From the NCBI GenBank assembly GCA_001687465.1, contig LVLI01000218.1, positions 62,001-95,557 of the forward strand: a stretch of 33,557 nt of DNA, in the 5' to 3' direction. A program made the position numbers and the translations under genes. This DNA is from Halocafeteria seosinensis (Eukaryota). Below, in pieces: positions 22,201 to 33,557 of the stretch. Numbering within the stretch: the first letter of the stretch is position 1; each line of letters begins with the position of its first letter. A model generated the notes under the pieces. It did no database searches and was not told the DNA's origin. It saw only the letters and a program-made list of their open reading frames with translations.

Positions 22201-24405
22201 GATGAAGTATGCCGCATCTTCCGGTATGCTGTGCTGCAACGCTACCCCGTGATTAGCCCACTTCTTACTGGGGAAGAGTTTTCCAAGTATGAATATGCAG
22301 AGGATCCACCTTGGAACTTGGTGTATTCGCTGTTGACTTCGTATTGCAAGCAATCTACACCGGAAGTCGATAAAGCTCTTCAGTTGATACAAAGAGTAGC
22401 AGATATGGAGTCTTCTGAACGCAAACCGCTCCTATACGAGAGCTTATCCAAGCACCTTTCTGCGGATAAGCTACTTGACCATTTACTATTATTAGTGGAT
22501 TCTGACTTGTTGTACGAGGAATCACTGTGCACATATGACCTAAATCTCGTCGTTCTCGTCACTCAGAAGTCCCAGAAAGACCCTAAAGAATATCTGCCCT
22601 TTCTTCGACAGTTGCAGCAACTGGAAAAGAGAAACCCTCTGTATCGTAACATAGCAATTGACGTGTACCTGAAGAGGTGGGTGGAAGCTGCTGAGCACCT
22701 CTTTCAAGTTTACCAGGCTCAAGAAATGTCCGAAGACGAGGAAGATATAGCGAAGAACGGTTCAACGTGGACCGGGATTACTGCAGAAAGCAACATAGAA
22801 ATGCTCATCAGGGAGCCTCTTCGAGCATGCTACGCCATACTAGTCCAGTATGAGTGTTTTGAGACAGGGAGGACGTTGTTGTTTGGCTCGTGTGGAATCC
22901 TGTTCCAGCATTTATCTGCCGAATGGGGGAAGTGGTTAGGGGAGAGAGGGTCTAAACTAATCCAAGAATGCCGCTCAGAGGCATTGAAGCAGCAAAAGAA
23001 TCCGTCTATCCAACACTGTCTTTCAATTGAAGATTCGCGTGTAGAGAGGGCACGAAAATTGCGCCAGTGGTCGGTTGCGTGCCTTACTGCCCTTGATCCT
23101 CCACAGCTTGAAGAGGCTGTTGCTGTTTGCGCTCAATATCCACATTTGACACCTGGGTGGAAGGCAGCATCGGCGATTATGCATCGCACTGACTACTGTA
23201 GTACAGAAAAGATCAACGCGGCATGGGCGATGGCAACAGACCTTAGGAAGTCTTCCAGTAGAGAAAATTGGAAAGGCGCTGCTCAGCTGCTATGCGATTT
23301 CTGCAATGATGTTGAGAGTGCTGTTCTAGTGTTATGTGGATTGGAGAATGTCTCCATGGATGCGGAAGTTAGCGGGACGACTAACGGATTATACGAAGAC
23401 GCTGTTGCCCTTGCGCGTGTTCACAAGCGCGATGATCTCGTTGAGACAGTAATTGTACAAGCTATCTCTGGTGCAGCTCAGCACCTGTGTGATTCGTTTA
23501 CAGAACGCATTCAGACGTTCGAAAAAGCGTATGCCAAGTTGGAAGAAAACCGGGACATGAGAATGAACATGCCGATTCACGAACTTCTTGGAGTTACGGA
23601 AACCCAGCTGGAGGAAAGGCTAAAGGAAGAAGATCAAGATGATGGTGGGTCGGTGTGGTCAGATACAACCAGTGTAGCGGGATCAGTAGCCTCCGGAGGT
23701 TCTGAGGAATCGGCCGGAAGTCGCTTTACAGATCTATCCAAACTCTCTGGCTCTTCGCTTGGCTCTGCTACATCAAGTAACACTCGTAAGACCGATGGTC
23801 GTTTTAGTGGGATATCTTCGCTGGATCTGAGCACCAATCCCTTCTCTAATAGCGGGCACGAACTTGATTCCCAAGAACGAGAGCTTCACCGTCGCGAAAA
23901 GAAACGGGAGCAAAAGAAGAAAAAGAAATCCAGCCGAGAGAAACGCATCGGACGACCAGGAAGTAGTAGAGAACAGGGATACTATGAAGAGCACCTTTCC
24001 AGGTCATTGCCTAGTGATGATGAAATAAGGGAGTGGGAAAACTTCTGTGTAACTCTTGCCACTCTTGGCCAAATTAAGCAGGCTGAGCGTGTACGAAGTC
24101 GCTACTGCGATATGGTCAAACGAATGATTAGGTACGGGGAATTACCGCCGCGAGTAAGGTTCCCTCCAAAACCAGAGAACGCCACTAACAAGGTAATAAT
24201 GGTAGCACCATACCCAGGGGCCGCTTCTAAACCAGTTCCTGAGAATTTGCTTCCAGACCCTGAAACAACCCAGAACCAAGATGCTCATCCTGACGATCGC
24301 TATGCATGGGTGGATAATCGCCTCGAAACTTTACGGAGGAAAGAAATCGACGATTTTATGAAACCCTTAGCTGATGTGTCGGGAACCAGCCTTCGGAACA
24401 GTTGA
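19219..24405 (+). CDS. ELP1: Elongator complex protein 1; exons 19219-19695, 19765-19857, 19924-24405
   Basis: IVFFERNGLRHREF, ENYHWYLKQ, RPLERGARIV, VVLQMPRGNLEGIFPR, MRRHRIDLNL and KSQKDPKEYLPFL, followed by a Ser-rich region and basic tract near the C-terminus. Confidence 0.96.
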
Positions 24406-25154
24406 TTAGATGCAGTAACCAGTGAAAATCGATTCTCAGAACTGATGGTAATTTCTGTCCGGACGCAAAGTCTCGATTTTAAGAATTGTCTAAGCGTGCA
24501 AGCTTCCCCGATTTCCTCCAAGTGGATTCGGGAAGAAATTCCTTCTCTGACCGAACGTGTCCGGCGTGGTAGTTCCGCAAAGGGTTTCTTCGGCTTTTTC
24601 AATTCGCAACTTTCGAGGTCATGGTTGAAGTGCGGAAAGCAGTACAATGTGAAGGAAACTTTCAGTTATTTGTCATCGCAAGTAAATATAATTTAGCAGA
24701 ACGGATTGTCACTATTTAGACTTGCAATCACAACATTGAAGTGTTAACGTTTACAGAGCATTTATTGCTAAATAGAGAACGGCCTTGGTTTGTTTGCGTT
24801 CACGCACCACAGTAGCCTTGCATCCGGAACTTTTTGTTCTTTTGAGTGACGTAATATTCAGCTTCGACGTTCTCACGAGGTAAGTTCAATCCGCCAGGGT
24901 CGCGTATACATAACTCTGAGTGACCAACCAAAGAAGTAGGGACATCCGTGTACTGTGGTGTGGTCTTGTTTAGTTCTCACGTAAATACTTTTTCTTCAAC
25001 TTTTTGAATCCTTGTAACAAAAAGGGTCCCGAAGGGGGAGTGAAAGGGGCAAGAGAGAACATCCTAAGAACTTTCCCCACTAAAAAGAAGTATTCAAACA
25101 CCCAAAGTTGGATAACACTAAGTTAAGATCTTTCAATTGGACCGCAGATTCTGA

Positions 25155-25619
<465 letters not shown>

Positions 25620-25867
25620 TGATCGTTTGTCATCGCTTTAGTTTACTATGAACTATTTCAACTAATATAGACATGCGAGTATAATTTTTGGGTTACTACT
25701 CCCAGTTCAATTTCATGCTTCTTGTTTAACTTCAATCGCCAGGAATTCTTCTTTAGGGTGAGGGTTTGTACAAGGTTTCGTGTTGAGATTGCTATACGCG
25801 ACTGCAAGGTGGTCTGGTAGTATTTACAATCACCAGACCAGTATTGTCAACAAACATCTAGTTTAAG

Positions 25868-27964
25868 ATGGGTCTGCCAACAGCCACAAAAATTATGCTA
25901 TTCATCGTAGTGATTCCTTTCGTGCTTGGGGGAAGCCGAAAACCTCGTGTATGAGACAAATATACCCCATAAAAAACCACAACACCTGGGGGCTTACTTA
26001 GAAATGTTTCTAGCCGAAGAAGAGACTCAAATTGAATGGAGTGACCTGAAAAATTGCTCGCTCTTTTTGGGGGAAGTAACGAGTTCCGGCTGGAAACAAG
26101 AAACGAATTCCTCTTTACGGAGAATCACCTATTTCTTTGGCTTGGAGATTAATAAGAGTATGTTTTTGACTTCATTGTGTTCCAATTTTGGATGAAACTG
26201 GAACTACCCAATACCGACTATGCAGCGTATGAAATTGCTGCATCTTGTCCCTTGAATGAAGAACTCAAGTTCTTTCCGCTTCCGCTACACTTCTACACAA
26301 ACTTTGACGAAGCGCATGAGCAAATGCAGAATCGAGGAGAATACACCTCAATGTTACAGGTAATAATCAACCCGGCATCTCTACATCGAAAGTTCGAATA
26401 ATCTCTGTTGGCTATTTTACGGATATACAGTTGAATCCAATGTACGTGGAACGATCCGTGCGGACTCCAGAGACACCGTGGGAACTATGCCCTAGTATTA
26501 GTTCTAAGGATGAAAATTTTCGCTTGGACTGGTTGGAGCCAGCTGGGTTTATCATAGTTTACTTTATTCTAGCGTTTGCGTATATAACTTTGATACTCCC
26601 TGCTAAACGGTCCTCTGAATTGGTGTGTGTACGAGTTACACAAGTTGTTCTGGAGGACATCGTGTCACAGCCCTGTGCGAAACCAGAGTATATGGTCAGA
26701 CCAAATTGTCTTCTGGAAGACGGTGCAGCAGGTCAGTGTATAAACAACGTCGCATCAAAGCCACAAAGGGCACTCCAACATTTTCTTGGACTTCAAGGAA
26801 AAGGCTACAGGCGCAAGCACATACTAGGCAAGTGCCAAATCCCCAGTCGGCAGCTTACCTCAATCTTGAAAACACTCCACCAACAGAGACAATCAGAACA
26901 TGAGTGCGCAAGTGCAAGAACAAAATTGATTCGCCATCATCTGGTTCGCTCGGGCAAATTTGTATCCCCGGTCAATCCAATGTTCCAGCACTGGGAGGAA
27001 GTTTCTCGTGTAATGAGAAATGGTGACTCTCCTACAGAAGAGAGTACCACAGTTTCTTCCCTGCGATCTTTCCAGTGCCTAAGTCTCACACGTATTAGGA
27101 CATGTATTGACTTGATAGCGACTCAAAGGGTAAGATCGATTCTACGTTATGGTTTGCTATCCACACAAACCAAATTCCGTTCCTCACAGTTGAGCTTTAG
27201 AGAAATTCTTCTCATGGTTGGCCAACTGATAGTTCCCCAGCATGAGACCAAGTATATACTCCATTCAGTGCAAGTCAGTGCTGCTGCTTTTCCGTGTAGT
27301 CGTGTTTAATTTCTTATGTAACGTGAGTCGCAGAACATATGGAGTTTGGTACCTTCGACTAGGGAATTTGAAGTATTGGAGAGTCAGACTAGACATTCTT
27401 CTCTGAACACCGTTAGTATACCCATGTTTGTTGCTTATTTAACCAAACGACTATTATAAGAGTTGCTATTACAGGTTGAAAGATTCCTCAAGGATTTGTA
27501 TAACATTGAAGACTTGCCCAAGAAACTCAAGACCCTGGAAAGTTATCTAGATCTTGCAATGCTGAATGCTTCGATTCGAGCCCATTCAAACAAAGTAATT
27601 ACCCAGGCTACACTATGAACAATGCAGTAATAATTTATTCCAAACTGTCTTACAGGAAGGAGAGGGATGTAGTCTCCAAGATAAAGAGATCAAGTTAAGA
27701 AGCGTAGAGATGTCAGTTGGCAGACTTATAATGCAGCTTCAGAACCCGGAGTTCCCTCGGGAAGAAGCAATAGCTGGAATTGAAACACTAGAAAAAAAGC
27801 TCTTTTGGATCCGAGTGTACGCTTACTCAAAACTGAACCACTTAAAGCAAAACCGATGCAGCAATCGTAGACTCGGCGTTGCGAAACTGTCCTACCAACT
27901 CAAACCCTACAACCAGCGAATAATCCCTAAGAGTAAAAAGCCAAACTTGGATGCCATATGGTGA
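25868..27964 (+). CDS. Hypothetical type I membrane protein (about 568 aa); exons 25868-25946, 26014-26157, 26226-26359, 26431-27273, 27334-27411, 27475-27594, 27656-27964
   Basis: Six GT-AG introns of 60-71 nt link all ORF pieces in frame. Signal-peptide-like start MGLPTATKIMLFIVVIPFVLG and one TM (GFIIVYFILAFAYITLILP). The first donor (GTGTAT) is weak. Confidence 0.65.
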
Positions 27965-30900
27965 CTATATATAAACACTGCTAAATCTCCTTTCATGATC
28001 GTATGCACGTCGCTGCTCCTCATCGGAGAGTACTTCGTACGCAGCCGAAACTTGTTTAAATAGTTCCTCACAGCGCTGAGTACACAAGAAAACGGTGAAC
28101 ATTCATTTATATTACTAGGGCAACTTCCCCAGTACTCACCTTCTGCTCAGCTTCGTTGTTGTTCCTAACCTTATCCGGGTGATACCTGCACCACCAAAAC
28201 AAACTTAGTTTAATCTACGTTGCGAATGCTTAAGGAAATTATAGCGAACGTACAATAATGCTAATTTCCTATACGCCTTCTTTATCTCGGATGCTGTCGC
28301 ACTCGTAGCGACACCAAGAACCTTATAATGATTTGGGACGTCAGGGCTGGGAGGGGGCGGGGTTTCAGGCTTCTTGTAACGCTGGCGGTAGCCTCCAGCA
28401 CNCGGTCTTGCCCCAGCCGCCCCTGGCTGTGGTCCCTTCCTAGTCTTTTCCTTCCTGTTGTAGTTAAACCATTCTTGATACTGTTGTCTTTGTTTGCGCT
28501 CCCACGCCTTATTTTTCTCCCGGGCTCGTTCTTCCCGTTTTCGATCTTCTTCTTCTTTCACTCTCTGCTTGTCAAACTCCGTCAAGTCCCTTTGTATCTC
28601 GCCAAGAGTTTGTTTAAGCGATGCAACAGTATCTCCATTCAGACCGAAATCTTTACGAAGCTTCTGAGGCTTATATTCTCTGCAAAACTTGATACGCTCC
28701 TGGACAGCCGCTAGAGCAGACTTATAATCATTGCGGGCCTGTGTATGCATACTCAGCTTGCAATACAAATGCGATCTCCTCCAACGGACTTTGTAGTGAG
28801 ATGCCCTATAATTCAAAGCCTCGGTACAGTCTTGGATGGCTTCGGTCACTTTACTATTGGACATTTTCGCCGCCGCGCGGTTCCCATGCAAATACGAGAG
28901 GATAGTACTGTTCCAGTCCATCTTTCCCAAAGACAGAGCCCAAAACGGTACATTCCTTCCTTTTGAGCTCGATGATTGTTTCGATTGAAAGCTGCAGGAG
29001 AGAACCCCTTCCAGGTTTTGAATCGCGTTCTTTACTGCATTGATGGCGGCGGTGTACAGCTTCTCAGCATTTTCCAAGTTCCCAGATTTATATGAATCAT
29101 TGCCAGCCTTTTTCGTCGCTTCAACCTTCTTCAGCAGGAGCAATCCATGCTCAGCTGCTTTGTTCTCAGGCTGAACACGTTTTACAGCGTCATACATTTT
29201 TTCAGCAAATTCTGGTTCACTAACAGTCCAAGCCAAACGGGCAACTAACAACGCCAGCCCGATGTCATCTTCTGAGCACACCATTGCAGGTCTACGACGC
29301 GCCTTGTCCTTTGCACCTGCTTTTCTGCGAGCCTGTTTGTGTGCCTGGAATTCTGCGGACGCTTGCTCGACGCGATCCTCGAGAGATTTCTTGTACTTAT
29401 TTGTGCCCATGAGGCATGGAGGCAGGACGGGTACAACCGAGTCAAGCGCCGTCACAGTATCATCCAAGATTTCGTGAGCTTGAAGGTATAACGAGGCGGC
29501 TAAGGATGAGTGTGGGCAGCACTCCATTGCCTTATGGGCTTCTTTTGCAGCATCCTTGCCCAATCGGTTACGAATCAACGACCTCGCCTTAGAGACATAA
29601 CTCTGCATTTTTCATTGATTCATATGTCTAGTCCCAGTGATGTCTTACGAAAACAAATAGAAAAACACCTACCTCGAACGCTGATAGACGTTTAATCCCT
29701 TCCTCTGCTTCATCAAGCAAGATAGACGCTTGTGTGCGTGCAGCAGTCTGCAACTGTTCCTCCTCTAATTCTTTGGTCGATCTGTTGGTGGAGAATTGTA
29801 TTTGCTCCTTTAAGACTTCCCGTAAGCAACTACTTCTTCCTATGCCGTACTCCTTACACGACTTGGCGGCGCTTTTTCCCAGTTCAAACTGCTTTTGTGA
29901 GTTTTTATGATCTCCAAGCATTAGATACGCTTGAGCAGACCGTAAATAGGCTTTTATGAGCGAAGGATCAAGGGAACTTGCTTCGTGGCAGTCCAACGTG
30001 CCTCCGTCCATGTCATCTAGCTTCATCCTGGCAGCAGCGCGATTACACCAATGTAGTGGGTTTCTCGGCTGGAGTGCGATTAGTTCTGAATATTTGTGAG
30101 AGGCAGCGGCAAAATTCTGGGACTGATACAAGTTTTTCGCTTCCTTTCTCAACGTTGCCACCTTCTTCTGCAATTCTTCTTCTTCCTCTGGGCCCTTCTT
30201 TGACGGCTGTGTTCCATTTTCAGAACGCCTAGATGCTCCCTCCTCTCTCGTTTGTCCTCCGTAAGACGTAGCGGTAGAAGAGTTATTAGCTCTAGGCGCT
30301 TTGTGCCCCAGTCCCATAGAGGCAAAGTTTTCCCTTACCTGTTCCTCACTATTTGCATTGCCTTTCTCACTAGACTGAGCAGAGTGATATGAAGTATCTG
30401 AGCTTTCAGTATTGTTCGATTCCATCGATACATCTTGAGGGAAGGTAGCATCTTCTCCATTATAATTAGAGGATACACTGGGGCCACCATTGACTCCCCA
30501 GAAAAGTCCAGAAGAGTCATTGCTCCGGTCCGTATCATGCGCATTAGCTTGAACGTATTGGTTTTCGTAATTTGGTACGACTGTTCGAGGGTCCGGAAAT
30601 TCCCGTATCGGCGACGGCTCGTCCTCGTCCTCAGGAGAGTCATGTCTGACGGCTTGGGCATCTTGACGCCACACACCATCCATTGAACCTTTGTTCTCCT
30701 TCTTCGGCTTTCTTTTCTTTTTCATCTTGTCCTTCTTTGAAGTTCTCGACTCACCCAATAAATTTCTTCTCAGTGCATCTGGGTCCGACGCCAAGTCTTC
30801 ATAATACCGGTGAAAGAGCCCACTGCCATCTTGAGCGACGTTGCTATCAAACCCTCTCGACGAATACAAAATATCCGACATAGAATGGCTGGAACGAATC

Positions 30901-31304
30901 GAGTCCATGTCCGAAAATGAATCATTAAGGGGGAAATTTTCATTCTTCGCGTAGGTCCACGAAGCGGGTTGTCCAGCAGCGCTCTGCGCTCTCTCTTCCG
31001 AAGACACGCTATCTCCCTGAAGATTTAGATTGCTCAGCTCTCGCAAGGAATCAGCATAATAGTTTTCCGGTATGCTATTGTTTTCGTGGGTTCCATTGTC
31101 ATCAAAGGACGGTCCTGCGCCAAAGAGAGCAGCTGTGGGAACAGCTTCTCCAACACCGCCTCCTCCTCCATCTGTCGACGAGTCCGTGGATACATTCATG
31201 TTTCCGTACCCTCGTCTTGCTCGCCGCCTTTGAGCTAGTCCACCTTTATTTGCCTGCTTCTTGCGTTGCGTGGTGGAGGCTGCAATTAAGTCATTGGGGT
31301 CCAT
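27965..31304 (-). CDS. TPR-repeat + C-terminal J-domain co-chaperone (DNAJC7-like) with long disordered N-terminus; exons 31304-29673, 29602-28254, 28185-28140, 28075-27965
   Basis: TPR motifs WCNRAAARMKL, KKAGNDSYKSG and HGNRAAAKMS; J domain NHYKVLGV...EIKKAYRKLALL|YHPDK...LFKQVSAAYEVLSDEEQRRAYD; about 1045 aa. One N at 28402 does not break the frame. Confidence 0.92.
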
Positions 31305-31746
31305 TTTCTGCCCATACTGAGAAGTCACTCAACAACTTTACCACCAGTGCCACAGTGGTTATAATCTCCAACTGCTCTAGACGAAGACGGTCCCTGGACT
31401 GACTACTCTATTCTATCCAATCTTAGAGTCTTTACCTTTCAGATATGCAACAAACAACCGCATAAGAGAGCATGTTGAAGTACGGCCAGAGTCCACATGC
31501 CATGGCGCGGTAAACGGCAAACCGCGTTGGACCAAGGTTTTTGTGAAGCCCAGAAGGAGCGTGATGTGAAGGTAGATATGCACTCCAATTTCGTATCAAG
31601 CCTGGTTCTGCTGACCTGTGTCGTGCAAGATAAGCAGAGAGATTGCCGCTGTTGTTGTGCAGGGAAGGGAGCCTGTGTCTGCTTTGTTTGCTTACCTTTA
31701 ACGAGAAGTTGCACTTGGGTGGCGCAGAACAATCCACCAGGAGGTT

Positions 31747-32998
31747 ATGGCAGCTATTCTTAACCTGATACTTTGGATTCTTCGGGGGAAAGCCCTCATT
31801 TCACTCCTCAAAGTCCACTGGGCGATAATTTGCAGTGTTTGCGCCATCTTATACCACGGGTATGTTGCTGGGTCAAGAAAGAGTTGTATCCTACAAGTGA
31901 TGTAACTTGCGGTTTCTACAGGGTTCACTACGCAATATCCAAATGGGTTACAAAGCGCACCTACCGAACAGCTAATCCTGTTCCAGGATTGAGGCCAATG
32001 AAAATAAATGTGGTGATTCCTGTTGAGTGTGGCGGACAAAATGATTCGAAGACGCTGCGTGAGTTGCAGATGACCGTCAAGAACTTGGAGACCGAAGCAA
32101 CTTGTCTACAAGCAAGATCAGACCACCCAGTGGAATTAGTGTGTATTCCTTACAGTACTAAAAGAGAAGAAAACATTCCGGAAAATTCCTCATCAGGGGA
32201 GCACTATGCGTCGGTGGCTGCATCGATCTCCTCTTCTGGAACACGGCTTCCGACACGCTTGCTTCCGCTGGAACAATCATTGGACGCTGCATTGAACAAG
32301 GGTGCCTCGGCGACTTCTTCCGATGTTATTATGTTTCTTCTCCCGGGCACTACTCTACCGACAGGATATGACGTTTTAATCAACATGGCTGCAAAAAAAC
32401 CTCGCGTAGTTGCTGGAGGATTCGAACGCAAAGCGTGTATAAACTCCATGGAACAAGCGATCCGCGGAGTCCAGGAGAGGATCCTCTTGTGGAACTTTGC
32501 TCTACCTTCATTGAAAAATGCGCCGTTTCTGACGAACACATGGTGGAAACGCATTGGGCCATTCCACTCTTCGAATTTCTTTCGGTATGTTGCCCACACT
32601 TGCACAAGAAAAAATCTTTCGGATCCCTTGACTATCAGCACTGTGCATGCAGAAAATTGAGGCAACGACTCGTCGCAGAAGAGAGTCATTTCGCTCTCGT
32701 CGAGCAGGTAGATACAGTAGAGACGAAAGGGAGATACCTTCCCCATTGGCTTCACTTTCTATTCCTCAAGCTCGCCAGGTCGCTTCTAGCGGCCGCAAAG
32801 GAATCTATGAAGCTCTTGAGATTGAGATCACAATATGTGACAACGGTGACATCGCTTTCTTTTGATACAAAGCGTGACGGAATTAAAACGAATGGCAGCA
32901 CCCATAGCAATAAAGCAAACAATAAAAAAACTGATCCGGAACTTCCTTCCCTCAAGTTCTTTTCAAAAAAGCGGGCTCCTCGCAGGGCGCAGTCATGA
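31747..32998 (+). CDS. Membrane-anchored glycosyltransferase family 2-like protein with degenerate active site; exons 31747-31859, 31922-32584, 32653-32998
   Basis: Hydrophobic N-terminus (MAAILNLILWIL...WAIICSVCAILY), then INVVIPV, AALNKGASATSSDVIMFLLPGTTLP, VVAGGF and WWKRIGPF, matching the GT-A/GT2 scaffold. Two GTATGT...CAG introns (62, 68 nt). Confidence 0.65.
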
Positions 32999-33557
32999 TT
33001 GACCTTGCTTGGATATCGGAAGTGCTCAACCTAGGACCTTCCGAAAATGTGCAGAAGCAGCCGAACTACCTGTGTACGTCTAGGTCCTAGGACAAGTAAA
33101 ACCATAACAATTATTCCATTAGAGTCTTTCGAGCTCCCATTAGCGATTTAATGAACATTCTTCTCTGGAAAAGCCAGTCACCATTGCACATTTTTACCAT
33201 GTTTCTTAGCACAAAACTCTCTTTCCATCACTGAATCCTTGAGAGGGGTTAACATTTCTGCATATTGCCGTATTCAGTACCAGTCAGCAAACGTTTGGTT
33301 TTTGCAATTCGTCCATCGTTCGACACGTAAAGAATAACCATCTAGAAGATTTCCTAGGGTGTCAACATTTCATAAGGTTGATCTTATCTCACATAAGGTA
33401 CAACAATTGTACAACTCACATAAAATACAAAGTTGTACAATAGTATCCATTGCGGGTATTCTCCTGCCAATACTCTCTTTGTCGTCAACGTATTAATACA
33501 TTAGTCCAAACCGTTTAGCGTTTGCTTCGCTTCCGGTTCTCCCTAGCAGTGGCGGGG

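Noticed and set aside
24300..24696. ORFs on both strands after the ELP1 stop
   Set aside because: No recognisable motifs, and one overlaps ELP1 antisense.
24840..24905. B-box-like GTTCAATCC suggesting a tRNA
   Set aside because: The flanks do not form a T-stem or cloverleaf.
25055..25080. Heat-shock-element-like GAAnnTTC upstream of ubiquitin
   Set aside because: Only two correctly phased units are present; too weak to call.
31497..31763. Cys-rich ORF resembling a metal-binding peptide
   Set aside because: The Cys residues arise from TG-rich sequence in the divergent promoter region; no coherent motif, and the GT2-like gene starts at 31747 in another frame.
33000..33557. Possible 3' end of a minus-strand gene at the right edge
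   Set aside because: Only short stop-interrupted frames are visible; this cannot be supported without the adjacent sequence.

Overview
Gene-dense nuclear DNA from a compact-genome, flagellated microbial eukaryote (possibly a stramenopile; the taxon cannot be fixed from this window). I reconstructed about 18 protein-coding genes by hand. Most are interrupted by short canonical GT-AG introns (55-98 nt, mostly 60-70), so the ORF track fragments them. In order they are: WDTC1/DCAF6-like WD40 protein (5' part only), R2R3-Myb, UPF0390/C19orf53-like protein, a hypothetical protein, FAM92/CIBAR BAR protein, 15-PGDH-like SDR with a PTS1, isochorismatase-domain protein, a hypothetical protein, sterol desaturase/fatty-acid hydroxylase family protein, TMEM14-like membrane protein, a WW-domain/class I SAM methyltransferase fusion, CEP41, dynein light chain, ELP1, di-ubiquitin, an orphan type I membrane protein, a long TPR/J-domain protein and a degenerate GT2-like protein. 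I found no supportable rRNA, tRNA, CRISPR array or intact mobile element. The best novelty candidate is the Pin1-type WW domain fused to a Methyltransf_24-like methyltransferase with a C-terminal NLS-like motif. Also notable are a GT2 pseudoenzyme, an orphan receptor-like protein and two convergent gene pairs whose stop codons are 0 and 2 bp apart. All family calls come from motif recognition, not database searches.
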